From Mobula birostris (lineage: Eukaryota), in contig NC_092390.1 in the NCBI RefSeq assembly GCF_030028105.1, positions 17,892,072 to 17,956,071 of the forward strand: a stretch of 64,000 bases of DNA, given 5' to 3'. Within the stretch, counting starts at the first letter, position 1, and every line of letters begins with the position of its first letter. Under the pieces are notes generated by a model. The model made no database searches. It saw only the letters and a program-made list of their open reading frames with translations, and was not told the DNA's origin. Below, piece by piece: positions 61,454-64,000 of the stretch. Made by a program: the position numbers and the translations under genes.

Positions 61454-62772
61454 AGTGGTTTGAGAGTCTGGTTCTATCACATCTGAAATCCTATCTGCCC
61501 ACTTCCCTGGACCCCCATCAATTTGCCTATTGCACCAACAGGTCAACAGAGGATGCCATCTCCACGGCACTTCACTCTGCCCTGACCCACCTGGACAGCC
61601 CCAACTCTTACGTCAGAATGCTGTTCATTGACTTTAGTTCGGCATTCAATACTGTGATCTCCTCCAAGCCGATTGCCAAACTTCACCAGCTTGGTATCAG
61701 CTCATCCCTCTGCAATTGGACCTTGGACTTTCTGACTAACAGACCCCAATCAGTTAAGTTAGACAACCTCTCCTCCTCCACTCTCACCCTGAACACCGGT
61801 GTGCCTCAAGGCTGTGTGCTGAGCCCTCTTCTGTACTCCCTTTTCACCTGTGACTGTGTTCCTGTACACGGTTCTAACTCCATAATCAAGTTCGCAGAGG
61901 CCACCATGGTGGTTGGCCTAATCAGAGGGGATGACTAGACAGCCTTCAGGGACAAGGTCCAGCACCAGACCGCGTGGTGTGCCGACAACAACCTGGCCCT
62001 TAACACCCAGAAGACCAAGGAGATCACTGTGGACTTCAGGCATGACAGGAGTCACACTCACGTCCCCATCTACATCAACGGAGCTGTAGTGGAGTGTGTA
62101 TCAAGCTTCAAATTCCTTGCTGTCCACATTTCCGAGGATCTCACCTGATCCCTGAACTCCTCCATCCTGATCAAAAAGGCGCAACAGCGCCTTTATTTCC
62201 TGCGGAGCATGAAGAAAGCTCACCTCTGTCCCAGGGTACTGACAGACTTTTACCGCTGTACCATTGAGAGCATACAAACCAACTGCATCTCAGTGTGGTA
62301 TGGCAATTGTCCCGTATCGGATCGCAAAGCACTCCAGCGTGTGGTGAAAACTGCCCAGTGGATTATTGGCATCCAATTACCCACCATTGAGAACATCTAC
62401 CATAAACGCTGCCTGGGCAGGGCGAAAAACATTATCAAGGATGCATCTCACCCTAACCATGGACTCTTTACTCTCCTCCCATCCCATAGGCGCTACAGAA
62501 GCCTCCGCTCCCACACCAGCAGGCACAAGAAGAGCTTCTTCCCTGAGGCTGTAACCCTGCCGAACCTCACTTCACAGCACTAAGCAGTATTGCATCCGTA
62601 TTGTACTGGCTCAGTACTTTTATATTTATGTGCTGTAGCACTTACTTTTCATTCGCAGCTATTTTGTAAATAACATTCTTTGTATTTCTGGTCAGATGCT
62701 AACTGCATTTCTTTGGCTTTGTATCTGTACTGGGCACAATGACAATAAAGTTAAATTGAATCTAATCTAATA
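61454..62772 (+). mobile_element. Rex1/Babar-type LINE RT fragment, pseudogenised
   Basis: [41 protein letters not shown], in-frame stops, (AATCT)n tail. Confidence 0.92.
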
Positions 62773-63061
62773 TGAGGAGAAGGTGAGGGGTAGGGAGAAT
62801 AACATTGGACTAGTTTAAATGGGTTCTTGGTGATCACCACAGGTCCAATAGGCTGAAGGGTTTGTTCAATGCTGAATGTTCAAAGTCTCAATATTAGACA
62901 TAAATTTCAACTCATTTCATTCTGCTCTGCTGCCTGACTGCAGCATGGCCCCTGTTCTTCAGCCAGATGTCTCAGGAACTGGTGTAGCCAGTGGGCAGTT
63001 AATCATGCAGAACAAACACCTCAATGTAGTTTAATCTGTCCAGGTGCTGACAATTGTTGCA

Positions 63062-63151
63062 ATGGAGGAGGACTTCCCCCGCGGGGGGATACAGAGGAAG
63101 CCCACCACAGGAGCCAGCAAGAGCAATGAGGGAGAGGACAACTTGTTTCAG
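63062..63151 (+). CDS. PDCD11: Protein RRP5 homolog, first coding exon (MEEDFPRGGIQRKPTTGASKSNEGEDNLFQ); exon begins at 63044
   Basis: EExFPRGG and DNLF signatures of the RRP5 N-terminus; donor gtaagt; synteny. Confidence 0.9.
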
Positions 63152-63477
63152 GTAAGTTTTGGAGATGATGCTGCTGGAATTCAGCACAAAAACAGACAGC
63201 AAGATGTGTTCCAACGTTGTGTAGGGATTGTAAGTGGATGTGGACTCTGCTATCATAGGGATTATTGGCATGTTTACTTGTTAATCTTTGCTCCGTGGTT
63301 AGATATTTCCTAATATTGGTCAATTCCCCACTGAAATAATCAACAAATAATGTTTGAAATTCCTTTGCAAATGTACTCAAAATATCAGCACTTAAGGCAT
63401 TGCTCTTCCTCCAGTGGTCAAGGAATTAACATCACAAAGGGGGCTTCTGTGTCGAACTCCAAGGGTTATATGATAAG

Positions 63478-63745
63478 ACGGTGAGGAAGGAGCTTCACTC
63501 TGTGTCTAACCCTGGATCTGTGTGATGGGACAGGGTTGAAGAAGCTTCACGCTGTGTCTCATGCTGGGAGTGTCGTGTGATGGGACAGTGTGGAGGGAGC
63601 TTCAGTCTGTGATGTTGGGAGTGTGCGATGAGGTGGTGTGGAGGAAGCTTCACTCTATGTCTGTCCTTTGGTTTGTGTGATGGGAAGTTTCCCTCTGTGT
63701 CTGACCCGGGAGTGCGTGATGGGATGGTCTGGAGGGAGTTTTGCT
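63478..63745. repeat. Degenerate ~50-bp tandem repeat (GGAGGGAGCTTCACTCTGTGTCT...GTGATGGGACAG)
   Basis: About 5-6 diverged copies in the PDCD11 intron. Confidence 0.75.
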
Positions 63746-63818
63746 CGCTGACCAATGCTGGCAGTTAGCTGTGCTGTGATTTTTAAGACTGTTTTATAAA
63801 TATGCTGTTTCCCTCCAG

Positions 63819-63965
63819 CTGTCAGCTTCTGAACACCGACCGAAGCGTCCTAAGGTAGAAAAACAGAAGAACGAGGTAGGTGTTGAAAAAAAGAAGTTGA
63901 AGGAAGTACAAGGCCTGGTACCTCGCAAGAAACAGACAGAGGAGGCAGGAATCCTCACGTTTAAG
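63819..63965 (+). CDS. PDCD11: PDCD11 next coding exon (LSASEHRPKRPKVEK..GILTFK)
   Basis: 147 bp open, phase 0-0; acceptor tttccctccag, donor gtatgt; lysine-rich. Confidence 0.8.
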
Positions 63966-64000
63966 GTATGTGATGGAGCCATCAGTCCACAGTCAGCCTT

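Overview
Vertebrate genomic DNA. The repeat landscape (CR1, Rex1/Babar, Penelope, tRNA-SINEs, Tc1) suggests a cartilaginous fish, probably a ray; this is inference. Four spliced genes can be read with canonical GT-AG boundaries and consistent phases. (1) The 5' part of a pancreatic lipase-family gene on the minus strand: putative non-coding exon 1 near 25490 and seven coding exons at 21861-5679; the rest lies beyond the left edge. (2) A complete 10-exon TAF5 on the plus strand (28950-47402, 732 aa). (3) A complete ATP5MK/USMG5 on the minus strand (61 aa). (4) The first exons of PDCD11/RRP5 on the plus strand, sharing a CCAAT/ETS-rich bidirectional promoter with ATP5MK. The most notable observation is that the lipase has an intact frame but reads G-H-G-L-G at the nucleophile elbow (catalytic Ser replaced by Gly). 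It also carries the PLRP1-type Val178 and an HGF-to-HGH change, so it is probably a secreted pseudo-lipase. The rest is introns packed with transposons (nested LINEs, Penelope elements with minimal hammerhead motifs, a full-length IR/DR Tc1, Harbinger derivatives, a solo LTR), a >5 kb G-rich satellite and a 38-bp hairpin minisatellite. I see no prokaryotic-type system or CRISPR array.
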